Part shown: in pieces, positions 14,435 through 26,200 of the stretch
Numbering within the stretch: the first letter of the stretch is position 1
Layout: each line of letters opens with the position of its first letter
Source of the DNA: Paramecium tetraurelia
Taxonomy: Eukaryota
Length of the DNA stretch: 64,000 bases
Reading direction: 5' to 3'
Assembly: GCA_000165425.1 (NCBI GenBank)
Contig: CT868050.1
Location: 124,001 to 188,000, forward strand
Position numbers and translations under genes: made by a program
Notes under the pieces: model-generated
Told to the model about the DNA's origin: nothing
The model's database searches: none
The model's input: only the letters and a program-made list of their open reading frames with translations

Positions 14435-15558
14435 ATGTAATACAATCGTTTAGGAAACACAGGTTTATTAGTTTCTTAATTGGGATTTGGAAACATGGTC
14501 AACTTCTAACCTGAAGACGAAGAGATCAATGTAGCCATTATCAAGAGAGCATATGAGGCTGGAATCAATTTCTTTGATACTGCAGAATTGTTCTAAATTC
14601 CTATCTATTATTAGTTATCAACATGGAGAGGCTGAAAAGCAACTTGGTCGATCCATTAAAATACTTAATATTCCAAGAGAGAAATTAGTAATTACTACAA
14701 AAGTGTTTGGTAACTAAGCTCCTGGAGGTATCGATTATTTATAAGATTTAGGATTAAATGTGAATAGGATGTGTACATTAAGTAGAAAGCACATCATTGA
14801 AGCAGTTCATACTAGTCTCAAGAATCTTCAATTGGATTACGTAGATATAGTTTATGCTCATCAATTCGATTCTGAAACACCCATAGAGGAGATCGTCAGA
14901 GGATTCAATACAGTAATCGAGGATGGCAAAGCCTTCTATTGGGCTACCAGTAACTGGAATGCTGCTTAGATCCAAGAGGCAATCAATTATGCAGATTTAC
15001 ATGGATTGATTCGTCCAATAGCCGATCAAGGGGAATATCATATGTTGGAGAGAAAGAGATTTGAGTAAGAGTTCGTAGCATTGTATGAAAAACACAATTA
15101 TGGAACGACTATCTATAGTCCTTTGTGTGGAGGATTCTTGACTGGAAAGTATTTAGAGGGTGTTCCTGAAAATAGTAGATGTGGAAAAGATAATGGATGG
15201 TTGACTAAGGATAGAGCTGCAAATAGATTCTTATTGAAATATAGTATTAATAATTGATAGAGTAATAGCAAGTAATCCAAGATATGTCGAAGGATTGAAA
15301 TAGTTTGTAGCTTTGGCAAAGGAATTGTCAGTCACTCCAGCTTAATTGGCATTGGCATGGACTATGAGAAATAAGGATATTGATGTTGCCATTACAGGAG
15401 CAAGGACAGTAGCACAATTGGAAGAATCTTTGGGAAGCATTGAATTATTGAAGAAATTTGATAAAGATTTGGATGAGAAATTGGATAAGGTGTTTGAGAA
15501 TGCACCAAAATAAGAGTTGGAATTTAGAACAATGAAACCATTTCCAAATAGAAGATGA
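14435..15558 (+). CDS. Aldo-keto reductase (Kv-beta-related clade)
   Basis: [74 protein letters not shown]; three tiny introns. Confidence 0.92.
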
Positions 15559-15746
15559 TGAATTTATTTATTATAGTCTATTCCAATTAGGTTTTATAAG
15601 TTTACCATATTAAAATAATATAAAAAGATTACACTCTTAAAATTATAAGATAGTGCAATAATTCTATTGTTGTCAAAATATTAATGCTTTTAAAAACAAT
15701 TAATAATATTTCTGCATAGATCAAAGAATACACTGGTAATATTATC

Positions 15747-16575
15747 TCAATTATTCAACGATTAATTATTCCTAATAACAATGTCTGATTTATTGATTCT
15801 GATATAATCCTCTATTTATGATTTAATTCTTTTTTAAATTTACTCTTCAGTAATACGACTTCTTTTGTTGATTTACCATTACAATGTAGATTTACCTTTT
15901 AATAATTTCTTCCGGATTAGTCACAGTAACAGTAATGATGAGGAAAAAGAAATACTCTAAAGCTTTAATCTCGAATAAGAGTGGAGCATAAACAATAACA
16001 AATTGATCCTCTTGGAAAAAGCAGATTTTCAATATGAATTTAGTGATTTCTTTAAGAATGAATTTATTTGTAATAGTTTGTAATTATTTCCTTAATTGGC
16101 CATCTTAAAATTCTGAAAATTCTAATCAATACTCTTTACCAACTTCTGCTAGTTTCTATGCATCAATAGGCTATCCTTCATGTCAACCTACTAGAATGGA
16201 GAGTCCAAATCTCTGAACGATGAGTTTATAAGCAGGTTTGCCAGGTTGGACATTGTCTCTGGCAATTTGATCGCAATCTATTACTTTTACACCAAGGAAT
16301 TCATTGATGTATTTGCCACAACAAATTCCACCTGTGACGCCTATAATTTGCACTCTTCCGATGTAATGCTGAATGCCAAATATTATGATTAGGGCTATGA
16401 TGAATCTCACTATATTGCCAAAGAAACCAAGCTTGTTGAGGTTGATTAGTATGCATACGAGACGTCAAGGCTAGATAGAAGGGTAACATATATATTCTAG
16501 GATATGTATTTCTGCGTGTTCAGAATGATTAGTCTCTTCAATAATTACTTATAATTCACTAATTAATTATTCCAT
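15747..16575 (-). pseudogene. Dephospho-CoA kinase pseudogene
   Basis: IIGVTGGICCGK...VIDCDQIAR...APLLFE is recognisable. In-frame TGAs occur at 16465-16467 and 16183-16185, the P-loop S/T after GK is deleted, and the 3' part is frame-disrupted. Start is approximate. Confidence 0.75.
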
Positions 16576-16607
16576 CAAGGTATTCGTTTTTTGTTTATTA
16601 ATATATT

Positions 16608-17751
16608 ATGAAATCAGCATTGCTTCTTTTAGTCATTGCTCTGGCAACAGCTTCAACAGTTGGTGACCTCACATAGAGATTGTCAAACTATGCCGAACAT
16701 CCTTTTGGATCATCCATGATTAACTTGGTCAGTGTTAACATGAAAACTGGTGGATCCCTCAACGAGCTTAAACAACTTCTCCAACAAATCAAGGATGAAT
16801 TGATTGCACTCACACAATTGCAAGATTCAGAAAATGCCACTTTCACTAGAAGATCTCAAGTTGACCTCGCCAAACTTCAAGCCACATTAGAATAAGCCTA
16901 ATAAGATCTTGATAATCAGAGATAAGAACAATCCAGTCTTAGTAATGAATTGGCTACACTCTAAACCAGAGTTAAAGAAGATTAAGCAGCTCTTGACAGA
17001 AATGGCAGAGGCAGCTCTGATGCTCAATCTAGACTTGATGCTGAAAATGCAGATTTTGCTACCAAATTCTCTGATTACAATGATGCCATCTTAGCATGCA
17101 AAGAAGCCTAAAGATTATTGCTTAATTTGAGAGGAGAAGGAGCATCACTTATCCAATTGACGTATTCCTTATCATCTCTATTCATCTAGCTAAGACACCA
17201 AAACCAATCTTATTCAAACTAAGGAGAACTTCTAAAAGATCAAGGAGATTCTTGAAGCTCACACCAAGAAGAGTTCACTCACTCTCTTCCAACCAATCAT
17301 TGAAGGTTTGGCTGAAATGACCACCAAAGTCAACCCAGAAACTTTGAATAATGTCTTGAGCTTAGTTGCCAGATTGATTACTGCCTTACAAGAAGGACAA
17401 GATTAATTGGAAGCTAATCACAAGACTCAAGTAGACAATCTCAGTAGATTGGGAGATGATTTGAGAAATGAAAAGCAAACCCTCTAAGTCTCTTTGGCCA
17501 CTGCCAACAATAGACTCAAAGAAATCCAATCAAGATTGAACGAATTAGACGGTTTAATCAATATTTCCAATGCTATTGTTGAAGTCACCCAATTGAACAT
17601 CTAGGATGCCACCAGAATCAACGAATTAGAGGATTAAGAATACAGCAACCAAAAAGTTAGCAGGTATTATATCTTTTTCTATTTTAGATAAACTGAAATC
17701 GATATCGTAGATAGATTAATTGAATATATCAACCAAAAACTATCAGAATGA
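16608..17751 (+). CDS. Trichocyst matrix protein (TMP/GRL family) precursor
   Basis: Signal peptide MKSALLLLVIALATA, HPFGSSMINLVSVNMKTGG motif, two acidic heptad halves joined by SLIQ...LFQPIIEGL; two introns. Confidence 0.85.
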
Positions 17752-18101
17752 TTTATACATCAAATGCATATATTCAATTTTTATTAATATTCAATAACAT
17801 CTTAATATATACACACATACAATCTGAACTGTTTTGATTATTACAAAAATGTCTTCTAGATGGCTACTTGCTAGTGAAATTCTTAATTTTAAGATACAAA
17901 AAATCTCAAAATTTAAATATTTTCAATTTGTTAGAGATTACGTTGGGAGTAACAAATTAAATATACTTAAGAAATTAGATATGTTGATGTAAATATAGGA
18001 AATTACTTAATGAGTTGTTATTTGTTATATATAATTGATGTCTGTAATGAAATGTGTAATTTATTATTTATAGTGAAATTTAAACAACCTTGTCAGATAA
18101 G

Positions 18102-20592
18102 ATGAGTATAGTTAATGCTTCTGAAAATTTCATCAACATAAATTCACCTGACAATTCCAGAGCCATTTTGGTGAGGAAACGACGCAAGATTGATACGGGT
18201 TGGAAGAGCAATTTCATGTTGTAAACCATACGAAATAAGGCGGAGAAAAGAGAAGTATTAGTGAAATGTATAAACAGAATGAGATAATCAACTTAAGTAA
18301 AAATTGGATTGTAAGCTTAGGTGAAACAATTTCATTCGTTGACCGAGAAGCAATTAAATGTGATCGACGATTTCGGATCTGGACATTCAAAGGGGACTAC
18401 TACTAAACAAATTAAAAAGCAAGAAACTCAATTTGAATCCATTTATTATGAATCGAAGTTATAAATGGGTAAACTCAGGGGATTGGTCCTTAGATATTTA
18501 GAGAAGCACAGCAAAAACCAGGAATGGTCAATTAAACCAAGTCACCCTTTCATTATTATTTGGAACATGTTCAAGCTATTTTTTATGGTCCACATTTTCA
18601 TTCTATTTCCATTAATTGATGCCTTCGGAGTGAAATTGAATTAAGTAATAGTTAGATAAGAATAAATATTTTTGATGGAATGGATATTTCTAGTACGTAT
18701 ATATCATGATACCTTAGTTATTTGACATTGTCTTAAGATTTAATGTGCAGATATATAAGAGTGGCCAATTGATAAAGTAACACTAATATTTGGCATTACA
18801 ATATTTGAAAAGTGGGTTCTTTTTGGATGCCCTGGGCATTGTTGGATTCTCCTTGTTTCTCTTTTAAGACATACTATACATCAAATACATCTACTTTTTC
18901 AAGATATCCGAAATCAAAAAGTTCATCAAGTTCCTGAGATACGAGTTGGATCCCCAAAATAAATACAACAATCACATCAAACTGATAACTCTCTTTGTGA
19001 CCATATTTCTATTAGCACATATCATAGTAAGCTAACATCTAAATAAAAGGCATGTCTATGGATAGTTGCTGGTCACACTGAACCCAGTTGGCTGAGTAAT
19101 CATGGCTTACAAGACGACCAGTGGTATATCCAATATCTGTGGGCATTTTATTTTGCCATCCTTACAATGACTACAGTAGGTTATGGAGATATAGTTCCAG
19201 TCAATGAGATTGAATTGGTAGCTTGCATTATGATTGGTGCTTCTTTCCAGTGCAATATTTGCTTATACTCTAAACACCATCACGACTGTTCTCAAAGACA
19301 TCGATCAGAATAAGAGTTAGTTTAATCAGGAGGCCAGAATCATATAAAATTACTTAGTAAAGAAAGGTTGTGATACTGATCTGTAGAGGAGAGTGTAATA
19401 ATATTTGAAATCTCTATTGAAATGGGGTTTGGGAGAAATAGAAGTAGAATGAAGATAGGATATTCTCCAAATTAAGTAGGCCTCTGTAATAAGAAATCAA
19501 CTTATAGGATAAGGGTCAGATGTTACTTAAATTACCATTCTTAGTTAACAATTTTAATATCGAGTGTATTAAGGAGTTGATGTAACACATTCAGGAAGTG
19601 TATTATCAGCCTGGAGAATTTATTAATCCCTAAGATGGAGTTTACCTATTGTATAAAGGATAAGCAGAAGTCTGTTGGGAGTTCGTAGATCAATCCTAAA
19701 TACATCTGCGATATATTTTAAGGTGACCACTATGGATTACTAAATCTATTCAATGTTGATCAATCCAAATACTTTCTAAAGAGCTCAGGGTTCTCAATTT
19801 TCTATTTCATACCAACTTAGATATTTCAATAAGTATTGAAGAATAATGATAAGGAAGTCTTCTGCATGATTAACGATTAAGTTATCTTTGAAAACTATTC
19901 AAATCTCTTTCTATTTTTGTCCACTTTGCAGACGAGAAGGTCATCTCATTTGTCAAGATATCACCTACAAACCTCATAGAGCCATCGCTATTGCCAAGTC
20001 TAATAAGCAATCTGTTTAGGAAAGATAGCAATACAAACGCTTCTGTGTTAAGCAGTAGATCTTGAGAAACTACAAGGAGATGCATGTCGAAACCTGCCAA
20101 TTCATAAACGATAAAAAGGAGATCATGAAAATTAAATATAAATCTATCTTCGATTCTGATGATGCAGATGAAGAACCTGAAAGCATTGAATTGTAATCCT
20201 CTCAATCTTGGTAATTTGATGAAGCCTAAATGGATGAACAAAAGGTTCCTATTTATGTTGATGAAAATCAATTCAAACCCAAAATCCCTTAATAAAAAAG
20301 ATTAACTCTTAACAAACGGCAGACCATTGTTGGGTTTCAAAAAAAGAAAACCTAAGACATTATGTAAATCAACTTATCGAACCTTTAAGAAGCGGAGACA
20401 TTCCCAAACCATCATAATCACATTCCTGATAACAGCTCTCAGAAATCGAAAGATACATTCGATAATATTGACGTTATGAAATCTTTTAACAAATACTTCA
20501 AAAAATACAATTATCAAAATATTATCAAACAACTAAATTAGAGAAGGAAAACCATTAAGAAAAAGATTAAAAGATTAGAAAGGATCTATTGA
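18102..20592 (+). CDS. Cyclic-nucleotide-binding-domain K+ channel (KCNH/HCN-like), frameshifted in this sequence
   Basis: Pore YFAILTMTTVGYGDIVP, S6 VLLSSAIFAYTLNTI, C-linker LSRPLQQEI, degenerate CNBD and CPLCRREGH zinc knuckle. Four frame disruptions between 19236 and 19918. Confidence 0.8.
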
Positions 20593-20920
20593 ATTCATGG
20601 TTATTATATTAATTAATTAGAAATATATGATTGCACATATTTTATAAAAAATGAAAGATTATTTTTTATATGAATTCAATTTCGTCTTCATTTTAAATAG
20701 TTTCTGTATTTTATTATATTCCAATAAAATTGGCATTAAATAGAAAAGAGTTCCTAAATTACTCAATTCTCAAACAAACTCTTCTACTTTAAAATGTAAT
20801 AAATGTATTATTCTATCCATCAATAGAAAATCTTTCTATCCTTTAGAAATGATATTGGATCCTGTAGATTTAAATTTTGAATAATAATTATATAATATAT
20901 GTTTAATGTATGCATAATTA

Positions 20921-21978
20921 TCATGCTAAGAGTCCTTTTCCTTCAGAATGCAACCAAGTGGGGAATGATGGTTTAACCTTCTTGACCTATGGTTGCTGAT
21001 TTCTTTTCAACCATATTGTGTAAGTTCAGATTTGAGTTGAGAAATCAAGGATGAATCGAATTTACTCAAGTCTCTATTGTTATTAATAGGCTTCAAGAGC
21101 ATAGAATCGTTGGAAATCAAATTTTTCACTAAATATTGAAACCGAATCATTACCCTTCCTTAACGATGGATCCAGGATAGAGGTCAATGAATCTGTTAAC
21201 ATTGACTTTCAAATTGTCTTCTGCCTTCTTCAGTAGCTAAAGGGATTGGAAAGATTGCATACTTAATTGAGCTTTGAATGGTTTTGGAATGTTGGCCAAT
21301 TCTTCCTTGGAGTATTCAAGACCCTTGTACATGACTTCGTTGTAAAAGTATCTGTCCCAAGAGTCGACTCTGAGGAGACCGAAAAAGAGGAACCACTCAA
21401 GAGGCAATAGTTTCTAAAGGATGGTTCCTCTTGCAGTAGGTGTCATATCGCTCATGTAGTTTTGATAGACATAATTGTCCCATTCATATATGTTTTAAAC
21501 GCTATCAGCCAATGTTCGCTCTCTTGCTTCTGCTTATAACCACTCTGGGGCTGTGGATCCTCTGACACCTCTTTCGACTTTTGAGAATCTTGCTCTTCTT
21601 TTATTGAAGAGAATCCAAGTGTAGGGATGGAATCCTTCTCTTTGGATATGTTCGAAGAGGGGATCTCTTCTTAATTCTCTATCTTAAAATAGGACTAAAT
21701 CTTCTAATGCCAATCCTCGATCCAAGCCAATGTTTCTCATCCATCGGTAGAGGAATCTTGTGTGATGAAGTGATCGTTGAGTACCTTGCAAATAAGGGTT
21801 CAACCATCTTGTAGATGAGACCAGTCCATCCTTAGGTGAATAATTTCATTGCTGATAGGGTCATGGCAGGTGTTCGTGGTTCTGAGTACCATTTCCTGGG
21901 AGACCCAATTATTCTTTGTCTATTGAGGGCACGTATGTTGACTAATTGTTCATAGACGAGTTTCTCTAGTCGAACCAT
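20921..21978 (-). CDS. Probable ciliate mitochondrial respiratory complex III subunit (QCR7/UQCRB-like core), frameshifted in this sequence
   Basis: MVRLEKLVYEQLVNIRALNRQRIIGSPRKWY...FLYRWMRNIGLDRGLALEDLVLFQDRELRR; recalled resemblance to a Tetrahymena complex III subunit (not searched). Three introns and four single-base insertions at 20991-21209. Confidence 0.6.
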
Positions 21979-22019
21979 GGATGTAAATTAAATCTTTTTT
22001 TATTTATATTTACTAATAA

Positions 22020-25000
22020 ATGGACTAAGAAGCATTAATGCAAATGCTCCAAACGTTGATGAAGGATCAAGGGGAAATTAAAATTGGGAATTTTGTTATT
22101 TAACAATAAGAACCAAAAAGAAATAACACCACTTTGATTCCACATAACAAGGCCGATGTTCCGCAATTCAGCAAAAGCTAATAAGATATAGATTACATAA
22201 TAACTAAACCGAATGAGTTTGTCAATGATCTGTTCTTCGATGAACCACTGCCGGATTTGGATTAATTCATCGAACAGGAGGTTGTGTCCAATTTTACAAT
22301 CGATTCATAAACAAAGCCCAACAATGTTTAAAAATAGTTGTTCTCTAAAACCTATTAGATGATAGACAAATTCAGTCCAAACCTCAAGGAAGAATTCGAA
22401 AGTGCATTGGAGTATGATTTTGAATAATTGCTCAAACCCAAAACCTCCGAATGTTCCTCTGACACTATGACTACCATTACAGATACTACCTCCAGTGACC
22501 CTTTAAGGACCTTCCTCATGTCTTTGATTCCAATAAAATCTTCCCTCTCTCCCACAAAATAAACTTAGATCGATTTCTTATTTTTGTACTCCCAACCTCT
22601 GCTCCAAATCACCAACAATTCGACCAAGAAAGCTGTGCAGAAATTGGAGATAAACAAGGAGTTGAATTCAATCAAAGAAGTATTTATAGATGTCAAAGCA
22701 GAAATCAAATTTATGTCAACTCCAGCGAGAATGGATAGATTTGGAGAAGCCCTGGATTTGAATCCTAAAGCCTTGCATTACGCAGGTCATGGAATCTACA
22801 TGGAATCAAATCAACAATCATACCTCCTCTTTGAGTAATTACATGGAGTAGCCTAATTAGTTTCAGCAAATCAAATTCTCTTATGCCTCCAAAAACTCAA
22901 ATCTCCAATCCTATTTGTATTTGTAGCCAGTTGTCATTCCAAACTCATAGGCGAAGTCTTTCATCAAGCTGGAGCTGAACATGTGATCTGTGTCCACTCC
23001 AAAGAACAGATAATGGATGAAGCCTGTTGTGTCTTCGGCCAGATCCTTCTATCACGGCTTAATCAAAGGACAATAGACCGTCTGTTAAGCCTTTCTAACT
23101 GCCAAAAACTAAGTCAAAGTTGAAGGGAGATTCCCATATGCCGAAGAAAACAAATTCCTTCTGCTTACTAAGACAACTCATCAATGCTCCACTTGGCTAT
23201 TGCGAGAAGGGGAGTTTAAAGATCTCACTCCTCAACAGAACTAAAACAATCTGCCTTCTCTTGTCCCCAATTTCACTGGCAGAACTCAATAGATGTAAGA
23301 AGTCATGGACAAAATCATTTAAAATTAACTTATCAATATCAAAGGAGTGTTGGGAGTAGGCAAAAGTGCTTTGATAAAGGAAATCAGTATTTACATAGCT
23401 TAAAGAAACATTTTCAAAAATGGAGTTGTCTACTTATAACTCAATTAATGTGATAGTTTTGATAGTGTAACTAGTAGATTTGCTCAAATCTTTATGCCCA
23501 ATCTAACATTGCAAAGTAATTATGAAATCAAATAATTGATGGTCACTCAAATCATATAAACTATTAAAAATCAAGAATTCCTCCTCATTCTGGATAATTG
23601 TGATTTGATTATGCATTCCAATGACCGCGATGTCTTTGTTGACTTTCTTGAATTACTCCTAGCCAATTGTAAATGTCATCTATGTATCACAAATAGAAGT
23701 GAAATCCTTCAATAAGGAAGAGTAATCAAAATTGAAGGTTTACCCCAAGAAGAAAGTGCTCAACTATTCATTAATTCATCTTCAAGAGAAATTACCATTC
23801 AAGAAGTTGAGGAATTATTAGGTTGTAATGATCTTCTGAATAGATATACTTGGAATGATAAATTATTGATCTAGAAATTCTCCAATCATGCCCTATTCCA
23901 AATTCTGGATGGACATCCTTAAGGTATCATACTATCATCAGGTCTACTCGAGAATTACACTCTAAAAGAATTATACTAACAATTATCCTACAAATAATTG
24001 ATGGATTTGCCTATTTCAAGTAGGGTAACTGAAGAGGAAAGGAGATCACTTAGAGTGTCATTGAATTTAAGTTGGGGGAACTTAGTGGAAAGATATGAAA
24101 AGGCTGCCATCTTTTTTGGGATGTTAGGATTACTGCCATGTGGTATTTACAATGATGAATTAAATGATGTTTGGGGGCCAGGATGGGAAAAATTGGCAAC
24201 TCAATTGATTAAGAGTTCCTTATTGTTGTCTACTAAGAAAAATACAAAAACACATTATTGCTTATACAATTTTACTGTTAAGTTTGCAGAAAGTAAATTG
24301 GATTCTAAATAGAAAAGATTGTATCATCATAATATTGTTAAATTATTACTAAAAAAGTCATTGACATATTACACTCAAATAGGTACTTAAGCACATGATA
24401 TTAATAATCAACCAAATGATGATTTCTTGGCAATTGAATAAAATATCAAGAGTGCTATTTTTAGAGAATTTGAAATCATATCAAATGGTTAATTCGAAAT
24501 TGAACCCTAAAAACAAGAAAATAAGGATTAGGAAAATGATGATGAAACATTCAATCTGCCTTTGACCAAAGAAAACTTAGAGATGATGCAAAAGAAATAT
24601 GAAAACAATAGTTAAAAATCTCATCTAAGTTCCAAAGTAGGTTTCACTGGTTCTGTTATATCCAGCTTTAAATATGATTAAATCTCTGATGATTATATGA
24701 CTAATGCTCCAAAACGAAAATCTTTTTCTATCGCTAAGGTTGGGGTCACAATTAGTGAGGAGGATGAATTATAATCGAATAAAGATTATTCAGATAATGG
24801 TATGAGTATTAATTATGTGGAATCAAAACTTTTTAAGATCAACTCCAACAATGTCAAGCATGAACTCATTGATGATTCTAGCAATCCCTAGGAATGCCAA
24901 ACCTAATCATAATTTTAATAGTCATCAATTCCTCAAGCTATTCAGAGTGATTAAACCCAGGTACAAAAGATTGTCGATCCAAAATTTATTAAATCCTCTC

Positions 25001-26184
25001 CTAATCCTAATCCATTAACTCAAAGAGTTACTTTTCTTGATTAACAAATTAAGCCTCTTGCCCAGGATATGAAAAAATAGAAACTTGAGGAGGATGAAAA
25101 GCAACATCAACCTCTATCTAAGCGATAAGCAATTTCTAAGAAGGGAGATAGAGCGAAATCTGGTAAGGCCAAAGAAGAACCGACTTTATCTGCCTAATAA
25201 CCAAATAAAAAGGATAAAATATAAAAACTGATCCTGTATTATTGTTAAATTTTGTTGCTTCAAAGAAGGTACAACGAATGTCTAAAATTTATTAACTGGT
25301 CTTATTAATACTTTTATGGAGATTTATTATTCACTGCTAATATAATCAAAACAAAGGCATGTGTATATTATATGCTTAAGGAACCCAAAAAATCGTAATA
25401 AGCATTCAAGTAAGCAAAGGAGATGTTCATTAAAAAGGGTTGTACTCTAGGTGTTGCATGTTGTGAAGCTGCTAGTGGTTACATTTCCTTATAAGAACGA
25501 AGTTTGCTTTAAGCCAAAGTTAATTTTGAAAATGCACTTTAATTTTATGAGTAATTGAATCATGATTTTGGAAAACACTTCTTAAATAGATGGCTGCTCT
25601 TAGTTAAAAATAAAATTTCAAGTCTCAAGAATGATAGAGCCAAACATATTCAATAAGAAAAGATGTTGATTGAAAATCTTAAACAAGAATTCAAAAAGGG
25701 AATTAAAGTAGACAATCTCATTTAAAAAAAACACAAGGGAGGAGTCTTCATTTTAAGATGGCTAGGCGATACGTTATCTATTTTCATTGAAATTGCTACA
25801 GTTGAAGATTCTAAATAGAAGGATATTATGAGCATTTTGAGAGTTGTTGAATAGAATCCAATTACAAACTATAAAAGAAATTCAAAAAAATCAGATGAAA
25901 TAGAAATCAGACCCACAACTGTGAGTAATGCTAAACCAACTAGTTCAAGCAGCAGCACTGCAACTCTGAAAAGGTTTAATAAAGTATAGAAACCACCTCC
26001 TAATAGCAAATATTTAAATGAAATAGCAGAAAATGTATAACAAGAAGAAGATCCTACAAATACATCCTTATAACAATTATAGAAATAATAATAACAATAG
26101 TAGTAACCTTAAAAACCGTTTATAAAAAAGAATGCTCAATTATAAATGATGCCTTGCCAAAAAAAAACTACCAAAAATTAATGA
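22020..26184 (+). CDS. CHAT (caspase-like) protease - STAND/NB-ARC ATPase - TPR protein (NLR-like), ~1387 aa
   Basis: LHYAGHG (His 22788-22790), FVFVASCHS (Cys 22932-22934), FTGR, Walker A GVLGVGKS (23344-23367), Walker B LLILDNCD (23581-23604), ITNR, LDGHP, winged helix, and TPR-like helices at ~25225-25610. One extra G at 23037-23038; otherwise intronless. Confidence 0.85.
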
Positions 26185-26200
26185 TCAATTTAAAAAAAAC

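Noticed and set aside
16183..16467. TGA recoded as Sec or Trp in the dephospho-CoA kinase
   Set aside because: The TGAs are not at conserved Cys/Trp positions and co-occur with a P-loop deletion and frame damage; no SECIS was recognised.
19230..23040. Euplotes-like programmed +1 ribosomal frameshifting
   Set aside because: The shift sites share no motif (no AAA-stop), TAA/TAG are sense codons here, and the lesions cluster by position across both strands, which fits sequencing error better.
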